Shown here: positions 24,838-32,000 of the stretch, in pieces
How the letters are laid out: every line of letters begins with the position of its first letter
How positions within the stretch are numbered: the stretch's first letter is position 1
Origin: Horticoccus luteus
GTDB taxonomy: Bacteria; Verrucomicrobiota; Verrucomicrobiia; Opitutales; Opitutaceae
Length of the DNA stretch: 32,000 nucleotides
NCBI RefSeq assembly: GCF_019464535.1
Contig: NZ_CP080507.1
Coordinates: forward strand, 3,960,001 to 3,992,000
Direction of reading: 5' to 3'
The notes under the pieces: model-generated
What the model saw: only the letters and a program-made list of their open reading frames with translations
Databases searched by the model: none
What the model was told of the DNA's origin: nothing
Made by a program: the position numbers and the translations under genes

Positions 24838-27800
24838 CTACCGTCGCCGGCGCCAGAGCCACCACGCCGCGAGACCCGCCAGCGCGACGCCGGCGCCGAT
24901 CACCACCAGCGCCTCGCCCTTTGTCGGATCGCGCGGCTCGGTGGGCAGACATGAGAGCTCGGGACAACGTCCCGGCCCGCGCGGTTCCGGTTGCACGCTT
25001 TCCCGCTCCGCCATCTCCAGCACATGCGCCAGATGCAACGCCTGCCGCTCGGTCGTCTGCTTGATCTGCTCGCGGCAACTGAAACCGTTCGCCACCACGA
25101 GCGTGTCGGTGTCCGCCGCGCGCACCTTCGGCAGGAGGACCCGCTCGCCCGCGGCGATCGATAATTCGTAATGCTCTTTCTCGAACCCGAACGCCCCCGC
25201 CATGCCGCAGCAGCCGGAATCCAGCACTTCGTAATCCACCCCCATCCGCTTCAACACGCGCTCTTCCGCGGTCAGTTTCATGATCGCCTTGTGATGACAA
25301 TGCCCGTGCACCAGCGCCCGCCGGGCGAGCTTCGGCAGCGGATAATCCGGCATCTTCTGATCGATGAATTCGCTCAACAACAGGGTCTGCTTCGAGAGCC
25401 GCTGCGCGTCTTCGTTGTGCGGAATGATGCTGCACAACTCGTCGCGAAACGTCGTGGTGCAACTCGGCTCCAAGCCCACCATCGGCACCCCGGCGCGGAT
25501 TTCGTCGCGCAGCTCCAGCAACACCCGCTCCAGCCACTGCTTCGCCGTCGCCAGCATGCCGTAGTCGTAGAGCGGACGCCCGCAGCACAACGCCGCGCGC
25601 GGCACGATCACCCGCCAGCCCGCACGTTCCAGGAAACGCGTCGCCGCCTGCGCCACATCCGGATGGTAGTAGTTGTTAAACGTATCCGGCCACAAGATCA
25701 CCGGCGGCCCTTCCGGGTTGCGCGGAGCCCGCGCGAAGAACCACGCCTTGAACGACTGGTTCGCAAACCGCGGCACTTTCCTCTCCGGCGCCACCGAGAT
25801 GACCGCCTTCATGACATCCGCGAAGATCGGCGCCCGCTGAAAGAAATTCGACACGCGCGGAAACAAACCGCCCAACCGCGCCCACCGCCCGATCAGCCCG
25901 AACGCATACATGTGCAACGGACGCAGCCGGCCCGCGTAGTGATGCGCCAGGTATTCCGCCTTGTAGGTCGCCATGTCGACATGCACCGGACAGTCGCCCT
26001 TGCAGCCTTTGCACGAGAGACACAGATCCAGCGCGTCTCTCACCGCCTCGCTGCGAAACCCGTCCTGGATCACATCGCCCTGCAGCATCTCGAACAGCAG
26101 ATGCGCCCGCCCGCGCGTCGAATCCTTCTCCTCGCGCGTGACCATGTAGCTCGGGCACATCGTCCCGCCTTCATGTTTGCGGCACTCACCCACACCCACG
26201 CAGCGCAATACCGCGCGGCTGAAGTCGCCATCATCCGCCGGGTAACTGAACCAGGTTTTCGGCCGCCACGGATTGTAATCCGTGCCCAGTCGCAGATCCG
26301 CCGTCATGGGGTTCGCGTCGATGACTTTCCCCGGGTTCATCTTCCACTCCGGATCCCACAGCCGCTTGAAGCGCCGAAACGCTTCCATCAATTCCGGGCC
26401 ATACATCTTCTCCAACATCGGCCCGCGCGCCTGCCCATCGCCGTGCTCGCCCGAGAGTGAACCGCCGTAGCGCAACACCAGATCGGCGCAGGCCTCCACC
26501 GTAGCGTGATAGTTCTCCAACCCCGCCTCCGTCACCAAATCGAAGTCGATCCGGCAATGGATGCAGCCTTGGCCGTAGTGCCCGTAGAGCGCCGGCTTGT
26601 GCCCGAACTTCGCGAACTCGTCGCGTAAATCCCGCAGGTAGTCGCCCACCTTTTCCGGCGCCACCGCCGAATCCTCCCAACCCGGCCACGTATCCTTCTT
26701 GCCCGGCACAAACGCCGTCGCGCCGAGCCCCGCCTCCCGCGCCTTCCACACTTTCTTCGTCTCTTCCGGATCGTCGTAAAACTTCATCGACGGCGGATCC
26801 TTCTTTTTCTTCAACGCCGCCATCACCCGCTTCGCCTGCGCGTCCGCTTCCTTCTGCGTCTCCGCGCCAAATTCCACCAGCAGCCAGCCTCCGCCCTTCG
26901 GCAGCATTTTTAACGCGTCACCATCCATGTGGTGATCCTTCATCATATCGACCAGCGCCTCGTCGATGCCTTCGAGCCCGATCGGCTTGAACGGCAGAAT
27001 CTCCATCACGTGCGCGCCCGCCGCCACCGCGTCTTCGTAACCGAGCACCAGCAACGCCCTCGCCTTCGGCCGCGGCACCAGTTGCAACGTCGCCGAGAGA
27101 ATCACGACGCACGTTCCTTCCGAGCCGCCGAGCGCGCGCGCCACGTTCACGCCTTTCTCCGGCAGCAGGTCGTCGAGATTGTAACCCGACACGCGCCGCG
27201 GGATTTTCGGAAAACGTTTCCGGATCAGCTCGGCATACTCGTCGCGCAAGGTCTTCAACCCCGCGTAGATTTCCCCGCGCCGCCCGCCTTCCGCGATGAT
27301 CGCCGCCCACTCCTCCTCGCTCGTCGCACCCACGCGCAGGATTTCCCCGTCGTAGGTCAACACTTCCAACTCCAGCAAGTTGTCCGAGGTGCGCATCCCC
27401 AGGCCATTGTTCACCGCCAGCAGCGAATTGATGCCGCAGGAATTGTTGCCGATCATTCCGCCCAGCGTGCAGTGATTGTGCGTCGCCGGATTCGGCCCGA
27501 AAATCAATCCGTGCGGCTCCGCCGCCTTCTGCACTTCATCGAGCACGATCCCCGTTTCCACCGTCACCGTCGCCTTCTCGGGATCGAGCGCGAGAATCCG
27601 GTTATAATATTTCGACAGATCCATCAGCACCGCTGTGTTGCAACATTGCCCGGCGAGGCTCGTCCCACCGCCGCGCGAGAGCACGGGCGCACCGTAGTCA
27701 CGGCAAATGCGCACCGTGGCGATGATGTCGTCGCGGTCGTGCGGAATCACCACACCGATCGGCGGCATCCGGTAGTTCGACGCATCCGTTGCGTAGAGCG

Positions 27801-27969
27801 CGCGGCTGCCGTCGTCGAAACGCACCTCTCCCTTGATGGCCTCTCGCAACGCCTCGCCGAGCGTCGGTGTTCCCGGCGCATGGTGCGCGGCGCGCACGGG
27901 ACCAAAGCGTTCGTCATCCTGACGCACACTGGTTTTCGGAGGCGTTTTTTGGTCTGCGATCGTTGCCAT
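24838..27969 (-). CDS. Fused FAD-linked oxidase (GlcD/D-lactate dehydrogenase-like) and Fe-S/CCG-domain (GlcF-like) protein, Dld-II-like, with a C-terminal TM anchor
   Basis: Preferred start is ATG 27969 (MATIADQKTPP...). The FAD-binding PCMH-type N-terminus contains VIPHDRDDIIATVRICRDYGAPVLSRGGGTSLAG. Fe-S motifs are CVGVGECRKHEGGTMCP and CLSCKGCKGDCP. There are two CCG motifs (ALCCGRPLYDYG, DSGCCGMAGAFG). The C-terminus is EALVVIGAGVALAGLAAWWLWRRRR. Confidence 0.9.
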   Translation of the reverse strand: MATIADQKTPPKTSVRQDDERFGPVRAAHHAPGTPTLGEALREAIKGEVRFDDGSRALYATDASNYRMPPIGVVIPHDRDDIIATVRICRDYGAPVLSRGGGTSLAGQCCNTAVLMDLSKYYNRILALDPEKATVTVETGIVLDEVQKAAEPHGLIFGPNPATHNHCTLGGMIGNNSCGINSLLAVNNGLGMRTSDNLLELEVLTYDGEILRVGATSEEEWAAIIAEGGRRGEIYAGLKTLRDEYAELIRKRFPKIPRRVSGYNLDDLLPEKGVNVARALGGSEGTCVVILSATLQLVPRPKARALLVLGYEDAVAAGAHVMEILPFKPIGLEGIDEALVDMMKDHHMDGDALKMLPKGGGWLLVEFGAETQKEADAQAKRVMAALKKKKDPPSMKFYDDPEETKKVWKAREAGLGATAFVPGKKDTWPGWEDSAVAPEKVGDYLRDLRDEFAKFGHKPALYGHYGQGCIHCRIDFDLVTEAGLENYHATVEACADLVLRYGGSLSGEHGDGQARGPMLEKMYGPELMEAFRRFKRLWDPEWKMNPGKVIDANPMTADLRLGTDYNPWRPKTWFSYPADDGDFSRAVLRCVGVGECRKHEGGTMCPSYMVTREEKDSTRGRAHLLFEMLQGDVIQDGFRSEAVRDALDLCLSCKGCKGDCPVHVDMATYKAEYLAHHYAGRLRPLHMYAFGLIGRWARLGGLFPRVSNFFQRAPIFADVMKAVISVAPERKVPRFANQSFKAWFFARAPRNPEGPPVILWPDTFNNYYHPDVAQAATRFLERAGWRVIVPRAALCCGRPLYDYGMLATAKQWLERVLLELRDEIRAGVPMVGLEPSCTTTFRDELCSIIPHNEDAQRLSKQTLLLSEFIDQKMPDYPLPKLARRALVHGHCHHKAIMKLTAEERVLKRMGVDYEVLDSGCCGMAGAFGFEKEHYELSIAAGERVLLPKVRAADTDTLVVANGFSCREQIKQTTERQALHLAHVLEMAERESVQPEPRGPGRCPELSCLPTEPRDPTKGEALVVIGAGVALAGLAAWWLWRRRR

Positions 27970-27977
27970 AAGTTGTG

Positions 27978-29165
27978 TCAGACGGCGAAGCGCTCCGCAT
28001 CCGCCCATTTGAATTCCACGCCGAGGCCCGGCCGCGTAAGATCGGGCGTCAACATCCCCCGTTCCACCGGCACCGCGCCATCGAACAAGCGCTGTTCGAT
28101 CCGGGCGTGATCATGAAAATATTCCGTGTGCCGCATCGGCGCCGCCGCGCATCCCGGATGCAAATGCAGCGCAGGCGCGCAATGCGCCGACAACGGCCGG
28201 CCCCATGTCTCGCACAACGTCGCGACTTTCATGAAGCCCGTGATGCCCGCGCAACGCGTCGCGTCCGCCTGCACCACGTCCGCCGCCTCCGCGTCCAGCA
28301 AGCGCCGAAAGTAGTGGAGATCGTAGCCATATTCCCCCTCGGCAAGTTCGATCTCCGGCGGCACCCGCTCTCGCAGAAAACGCAGGCCCGCAAGATCGTC
28401 CGGCGGCAACGGTTCCTCCAGCCATCGCACATCCGCCTGGTTCGCAAAAGTGTTCGCCCACTCAAGCGCCTGGTTGCGCGTATAGGCGCTGTTCGCATCG
28501 ACGAACAACTCCGCCTCCCCGCCGATCGCCCGCCGCGCCGCCTGCACGCGGTGCAAGTCCCGCGCCGGATCCCGGCCCACTTTCATTTTGAACCGCGTGA
28601 CGCCCCGCGCCGCCCAACCTTGGAATTGCTTTTTTAATTGCGCGTCCGAATACGACGTGAAGCCGCCGCTGCCATACACCGGCAGCGCCGCCCGCACCTG
28701 GCCGAGCAACTGCACGAGAGGCAACCCGAGCAGTTTCGCCTTCAAATCCCACAACGCTCCGTCCACTGCCGACACCGCCATCGCCGACGCCCCTTGCCGG
28801 CCCATGTTGCGCAAACGCGCGATCATCGCGTGCCAATGCGCCTCCACCGCCAGCGCGTCTTCGCCTGTCACCACCGCCGCGAGCGAATCGCGAATCATCC
28901 GCGCCACGCCGGCGTCTGCGTAAGTGTAACCAAACCCTGTCTCTCCGCCCGCCGTCACCTCCACCACGACGAGTGTCGTCGCCTGCCATTCCAGCGTGCC
29001 GTCGGACTCCGGCGCATCTGTCGGAATGCGAAACGCCGCTGTGCGCACACTCTCCACGCGCGGCCCGCCGCCGCCCGCGCGCTCCCGCGGCGGATCCGCA
29101 TCAGCCGCCGGCGCCGCCGGCGCTTCGCGGCGTCCACCCTTCCGCTGCACTCTCGTCCTGGCCAT
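27978..29165 (-). CDS. Enolase-superfamily enzyme (mandelate racemase / muconate lactonizing enzyme family, MR-like residue pattern); start uncertain
   Basis: Capping domain ...FRIPTDAPESDGTLEWQATTLVVVEVTAGGETGFGYTY.... KxK motif in TRFKMKVG. Metal-ligand candidates are FVDANSAY, RWLEEPL and ELAEGEY. A candidate Asp/His pair is VVQADATR and LSAHCAP. The first 35 codons or so are R/A/P/G-rich and may not be translated. Confidence 0.85.
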   Translation of the reverse strand: MARTRVQRKGGRREAPAAPAADADPPRERAGGGGPRVESVRTAAFRIPTDAPESDGTLEWQATTLVVVEVTAGGETGFGYTYADAGVARMIRDSLAAVVTGEDALAVEAHWHAMIARLRNMGRQGASAMAVSAVDGALWDLKAKLLGLPLVQLLGQVRAALPVYGSGGFTSYSDAQLKKQFQGWAARGVTRFKMKVGRDPARDLHRVQAARRAIGGEAELFVDANSAYTRNQALEWANTFANQADVRWLEEPLPPDDLAGLRFLRERVPPEIELAEGEYGYDLHYFRRLLDAEAADVVQADATRCAGITGFMKVATLCETWGRPLSAHCAPALHLHPGCAAAPMRHTEYFHDHARIEQRLFDGAVPVERGMLTPDLTRPGLGVEFKWADAERFAV

Positions 29166-29174
29166 GACGCATCC

Positions 29175-30935
29175 TCACACGAGTTCACGCACGCGATCTT
29201 CGGCAATGGTCGTCGCAATCTTCATTCGCTCGGGTGTGCCCTTCGCGAGCGACTCCGCGAAATGCAGCGCCTGCTTCGCCTTGATTTTCGGCGGCATCGG
29301 CGGCTCATGCGGATCGACCACCGCCTCGATCACCACCGGCCCCGGTGTCGCGAGCGCCTGCGCGATGATGTCGCCGCATTGCTCGGGATCCTCGATCTTG
29401 AAACCATTCCCGCCGCAGGCCCGCGCAAACGCCACGAAGTCGATCGGCTGCAGTTCGCACCCGAACTCCGGATTCCCGAGCATCACCATCTGCTCCCATT
29501 TGATCTGCCCGAGTGCGTTGTTTTTGATGATGACCACTTTGATCGGCAGCTTGTGTTTCACCGCCGTGGCAAACTCACCCATCAGCATGGTAAACGCGCC
29601 ATCGCCGACAAACGCGACGCACTGCCGGTCCGGATACGCGATCTGCGCCGCATTCGCGTAAGGCATCCCGTTGGCCATCGTCGCGAGCGTGCCCGACAAG
29701 GAAAACATCTGGCCGCGACGCACCGGAATCTGCCGCGCAAACCACGTCGCCACCGTGCCGCTGTCGCAACTCACGATCGCGTTTTCATCTAGGCGTTTTC
29801 CCAACTCCCACGCGACGACCTGCGGTTTCATCGGCGTGTCGCGACGCGTGCCGCGCTCCTCCATGAGCTTCCACCACTCCGCCATGCCCTTCTGCGCCTG
29901 CTCCAAAAACGACCGGTCTTCCTTCCGCTGCACGAGCGGGAGAAGTACGCGCAAACACGCGCCGGAATCACCCGCCAGGCCGACCTCCACCGGACAACGC
30001 AGTCCGATGCGCGCCGGATCGAGATCGATCTGCACCACCCGCGCCTGGCCCGGCTTCGGCAAAAACTCCATGTAGGGAAACGAGGTGCCGATCATCAGCA
30101 GCGTGTCGCACTCCTCCATCGCTTCCTGCGACGGCCGCGTGCCCAGCAGGCCGATGCCGCCGGTCGTATAAGGCGAGTCGTCCGGCACACAGGCCTTGCC
30201 GAGTAACGCCTTGATGATCGGCGCCCCCAGCGCTTCCGCGGCCGCGACGACTTCCTTCTCCGCTCGCAAAGCTCCCTGCCCTACGAGAATCGCGACCTTC
30301 TTCCCGCGGTTCAACACGTCCGCGGCGTGTTGCACATCGCTCTCCGCCGGCAACGCCGCGCGCCGCGCAAACACTTCCGTCGTCGCGTGCCCCTTCAAGT
30401 TGCGCTCCGACCGCGTGCCGCTGCTCACGGGCATCGATTGCGTATCCACGGGGAAATTAATGTGCGCCACACCCCGCCGGGCCAGCGCCGTGCGACACGC
30501 GAGATTCGTCACTCCTGCCACGTGCGCCGGGCCCATGACCCGCACGTTGTAAACCGCTACGTCCATATACAGCTTGTCGAGGTCAACGTCCTGCTGCGCA
30601 TGCGTGTCGATCAGATCATGAAAGTGATGTCCCGTGATCGCGAGCACCGGCTGACCATCGAGCTTCGCGTCGTAGAGCCCGTTGAGTAAGTGGATGCCGC
30701 CCGGCCCCGACGTGCCGAGGCACACGCCGAGGCGCCCGGTGTATTTCGCATACGCACACGCCATGAACGCCGCCGCTTCCTCATGCCGCACCTGCACGAA
30801 ACGCAGCGAATCCTCAACCTTCCGGAGCGCCTCCATGATGCCGTTGATTCCATCGCCCGGGATTCCGAAGATAACTTCGACTCCCCAGTTTTGGAGATTT
30901 TGCACGAGAACATCAGCGGCGGTGGGTGAGGACAT
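29175..30935 (-). CDS. poxB: ThDP/FAD-dependent pyruvate oxidase / pyruvate dehydrogenase (quinone) family enzyme, PoxB-like
   Basis: Preferred start is ATG 30935 (MSSPTAADVLVQNLQNWGVEVIFGIPGDGINGIMEAL...). It is colinear with E. coli PoxB as I remember it: RHEEAAAFMACAYAKYTG, GTSGPGGIHLLNGLYDA, the ThDP motif GDGAFTMLMGEF...IKNN, and a C-terminal PPMPPKIKAKQALHFAESL... tail like the PoxB membrane-binding end. The substrate cannot be determined from sequence alone. Confidence 0.85.
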   Translation of the reverse strand: MSSPTAADVLVQNLQNWGVEVIFGIPGDGINGIMEALRKVEDSLRFVQVRHEEAAAFMACAYAKYTGRLGVCLGTSGPGGIHLLNGLYDAKLDGQPVLAITGHHFHDLIDTHAQQDVDLDKLYMDVAVYNVRVMGPAHVAGVTNLACRTALARRGVAHINFPVDTQSMPVSSGTRSERNLKGHATTEVFARRAALPAESDVQHAADVLNRGKKVAILVGQGALRAEKEVVAAAEALGAPIIKALLGKACVPDDSPYTTGGIGLLGTRPSQEAMEECDTLLMIGTSFPYMEFLPKPGQARVVQIDLDPARIGLRCPVEVGLAGDSGACLRVLLPLVQRKEDRSFLEQAQKGMAEWWKLMEERGTRRDTPMKPQVVAWELGKRLDENAIVSCDSGTVATWFARQIPVRRGQMFSLSGTLATMANGMPYANAAQIAYPDRQCVAFVGDGAFTMLMGEFATAVKHKLPIKVVIIKNNALGQIKWEQMVMLGNPEFGCELQPIDFVAFARACGGNGFKIEDPEQCGDIIAQALATPGPVVIEAVVDPHEPPMPPKIKAKQALHFAESLAKGTPERMKIATTIAEDRVRELV

Positions 30936-31193
30936 AGGGAGACTCGGTTCGAGGCTAAAGTTTTTGAGAACAGAACGGGGCACGACGCGTCCCGTCCTCT
31001 TCAGCGTAAAAGCCCGGCGTGCGGACACAACCGGCCGCCGCATGGCGCGCGTCCGAAATCACCATCGGCACAACCCGAAGCCTGCCCGTGGGAGAAACCC
31101 TCACCGCTCCGCCGCGCGGCTTAACCGCCACCTTGCGTCCGCAACCGCCGCGTGCATTCACGCGCACTTCGTCCGCGCTCTCCCCAACGCAAA

Positions 31194-31222
31194 ACGGGCG
31201 CCACCTCGCCGGTGACGCCCGT
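31194..31222 (-). terminator. Possible rho-independent terminator downstream of the DUF2145-like gene
   Basis: Interrupted stem acgggcg-c-cacc / ggtg-a-cgcccgt (7+4 bp, 5-nt loop), starting 26 nt after stop 31248. On the minus strand it is followed by TTTGCGTT, which is a weak T-tract. Confidence 0.35.
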
Positions 31223-31247
31223 CCTCTCTTTCCCCTCGCGCGCCCGT

Positions 31248-32000
31248 TCAGTTCAGCGCCACCGTAAACGCTTCCTGCACGAGTCCGTTTTCCGCGAGAA
31301 ACGCCTCTAGCGAATCATACGTCGCCGTTTGGAATCCCGCCGGATCCATGTCCTCGCGGCTGATCGCGCTCATGAACGTGCTGCCGAAGGATTGCAGTGG
31401 TCCGAGCCGCACCGGCGTCGGCCGGAAGTAAGTGCGGATATCCTGATATATCCGCGCCCGGTCATCCGTTTGATAAATTGCCGCCACGCAGATCTTCAGC
31501 GAATGCGTCACGCAGTTGTCGAACTTGTCCACCCACGGATTCGTCAGCAGATTATATTTCGGCGTGTGGAGCGCTGCATACGCCGGCGAACGAATCACCG
31601 CGAGAATCCGCCGCTGCAACGCCGGCGTCGGCACGCAGATCGCCACATCCGGCTCCATCATGCCCGCCACGAAGTCATACGTATAGTCCTGCTTCAAGTA
31701 ACTGCGATCATCGCGCCCGTCCGCGCCTTGGTAGAGATTATAGACCGTGTAGGTGTTGAACACGCTGCCATCCGGACGCCGCACGGGCTCGAAGACGATG
31801 AACGCCACATGCGTGTAGTTGATGCCCTTCGGCATTTCCGCGCGCGGCCGTCCGGCGCGGGCGATGATCGCCACGCTGACTTTGCGCGCATCGAGCTCGT
31901 CGTTGACCTTCAACGCGAAGTTTCGAATCGCCTCGTCGCCAAATTTCTCGACGCCGAATTTGCTGGCGGCGCTGCCCCCGGCCACGACCGGGTTGTGCCA
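31248..32000 (-). CDS. DUF2145-like protein, probably N-terminally truncated by the window edge
   Basis: The track ORF 31248..31985 begins at a GTG, but the frame stays open to position 32000 (...WHNPV-). Blocks ...YTHVAFIVFEP..., KYNLLTNPWVDKFDNCVTHSLKICVAAIYQTDDRARIYQDIRTYFRPTPVRLGPL and ATYDSLEAFL match my memory of DUF2145. Confidence 0.65.
   Translation of the reverse strand, partial: WHNPVVAGGSAASKFGVEKFGDEAIRNFALKVNDELDARKVSVAIIARAGRPRAEMPKGINYTHVAFIVFEPVRRPDGSVFNTYTVYNLYQGADGRDDRSYLKQDYTYDFVAGMMEPDVAICVPTPALQRRILAVIRSPAYAALHTPKYNLLTNPWVDKFDNCVTHSLKICVAAIYQTDDRARIYQDIRTYFRPTPVRLGPLQSFGSTFMSAISREDMDPAGFQTATYDSLEAFLAENGLVQEAFTVALN

Noticed and set aside
29060-29165. Arg/Ala/Pro/Gly-rich N-terminal extension of about 35 aa on the enolase-superfamily protein, considered as a targeting or disordered domain
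   Set aside because: It is more likely untranslated, with an internal start near VESVRTAAF. The composition is the same as junk frames elsewhere. I kept the track coordinates but flagged the start as uncertain.
1-32000. CRISPR array, tRNA, rRNA, transposase/integrase or IS ends anywhere in the window
   Set aside because: I saw no regularly spaced direct repeats, no cloverleaf-like or rRNA-like segments, and no ORF with transposase or integrase motifs. This was a scan by eye, so short or degenerate elements could have been missed.

Overview
This is a high-GC bacterial chromosome segment. Lines I counted by hand inside genes are about 58-80% G+C, so long spurious ORFs occur in every frame.

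(1) Left edge, minus strand: the start of a type I-G (formerly I-U) CRISPR-Cas effector operon. cas3 has its HD nuclease domain at the C-terminus. It is coupled by an ATGA overlap to csx17/cas8u2, which runs off the window. csx17 is missing from the ORF track, so I translated it by hand. No array and no cas1/cas2/cas4 lie on this side.

(2) 3243-4698: a small accessory or decayed zone upstream of cas3. It holds an orphan 144-codon ORF, a truncated gene wreck readable only across three frames, and about 400 bp of non-coding DNA that is visibly richer in AT.

(3) 4699-5460: a secreted or membrane protein of unknown function.

(4) 5764-17618, plus strand: one 12-cistron respiratory operon. It encodes alternative complex III (actABCDEF), a small single-TM ORF, SCO1/SenC and a caa3-type cytochrome c oxidase (subunits II, I, III, IV). 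Eight consecutive gene junctions are ATGA overlaps.

(5) 17694-22166: DUF2254, an AI-2E family permease, DUF4396 and a tail-anchored SDR.

(6) 22216-30935, minus strand: a metabolic operon with a PoxB-like ThDP enzyme, an enolase-superfamily enzyme, a fused FAD/Fe-S (Dld-II-like) 2-hydroxyacid dehydrogenase, a PPC/DUF296 protein and a cytosolic GH15 glucoamylase-family enzyme.

(7) Right edge: a DUF2145-like gene that is probably truncated by the window.

I recognised no rRNA, tRNA, transposase, integrase or CRISPR array. All family assignments come from motifs read by eye and from memory of those families. No database search was run. The most unusual material is the decayed zone upstream of cas3 and the ThDP / enolase-superfamily / FAD-FeS trio. 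I did not find a clear-cut new multi-gene defence system.
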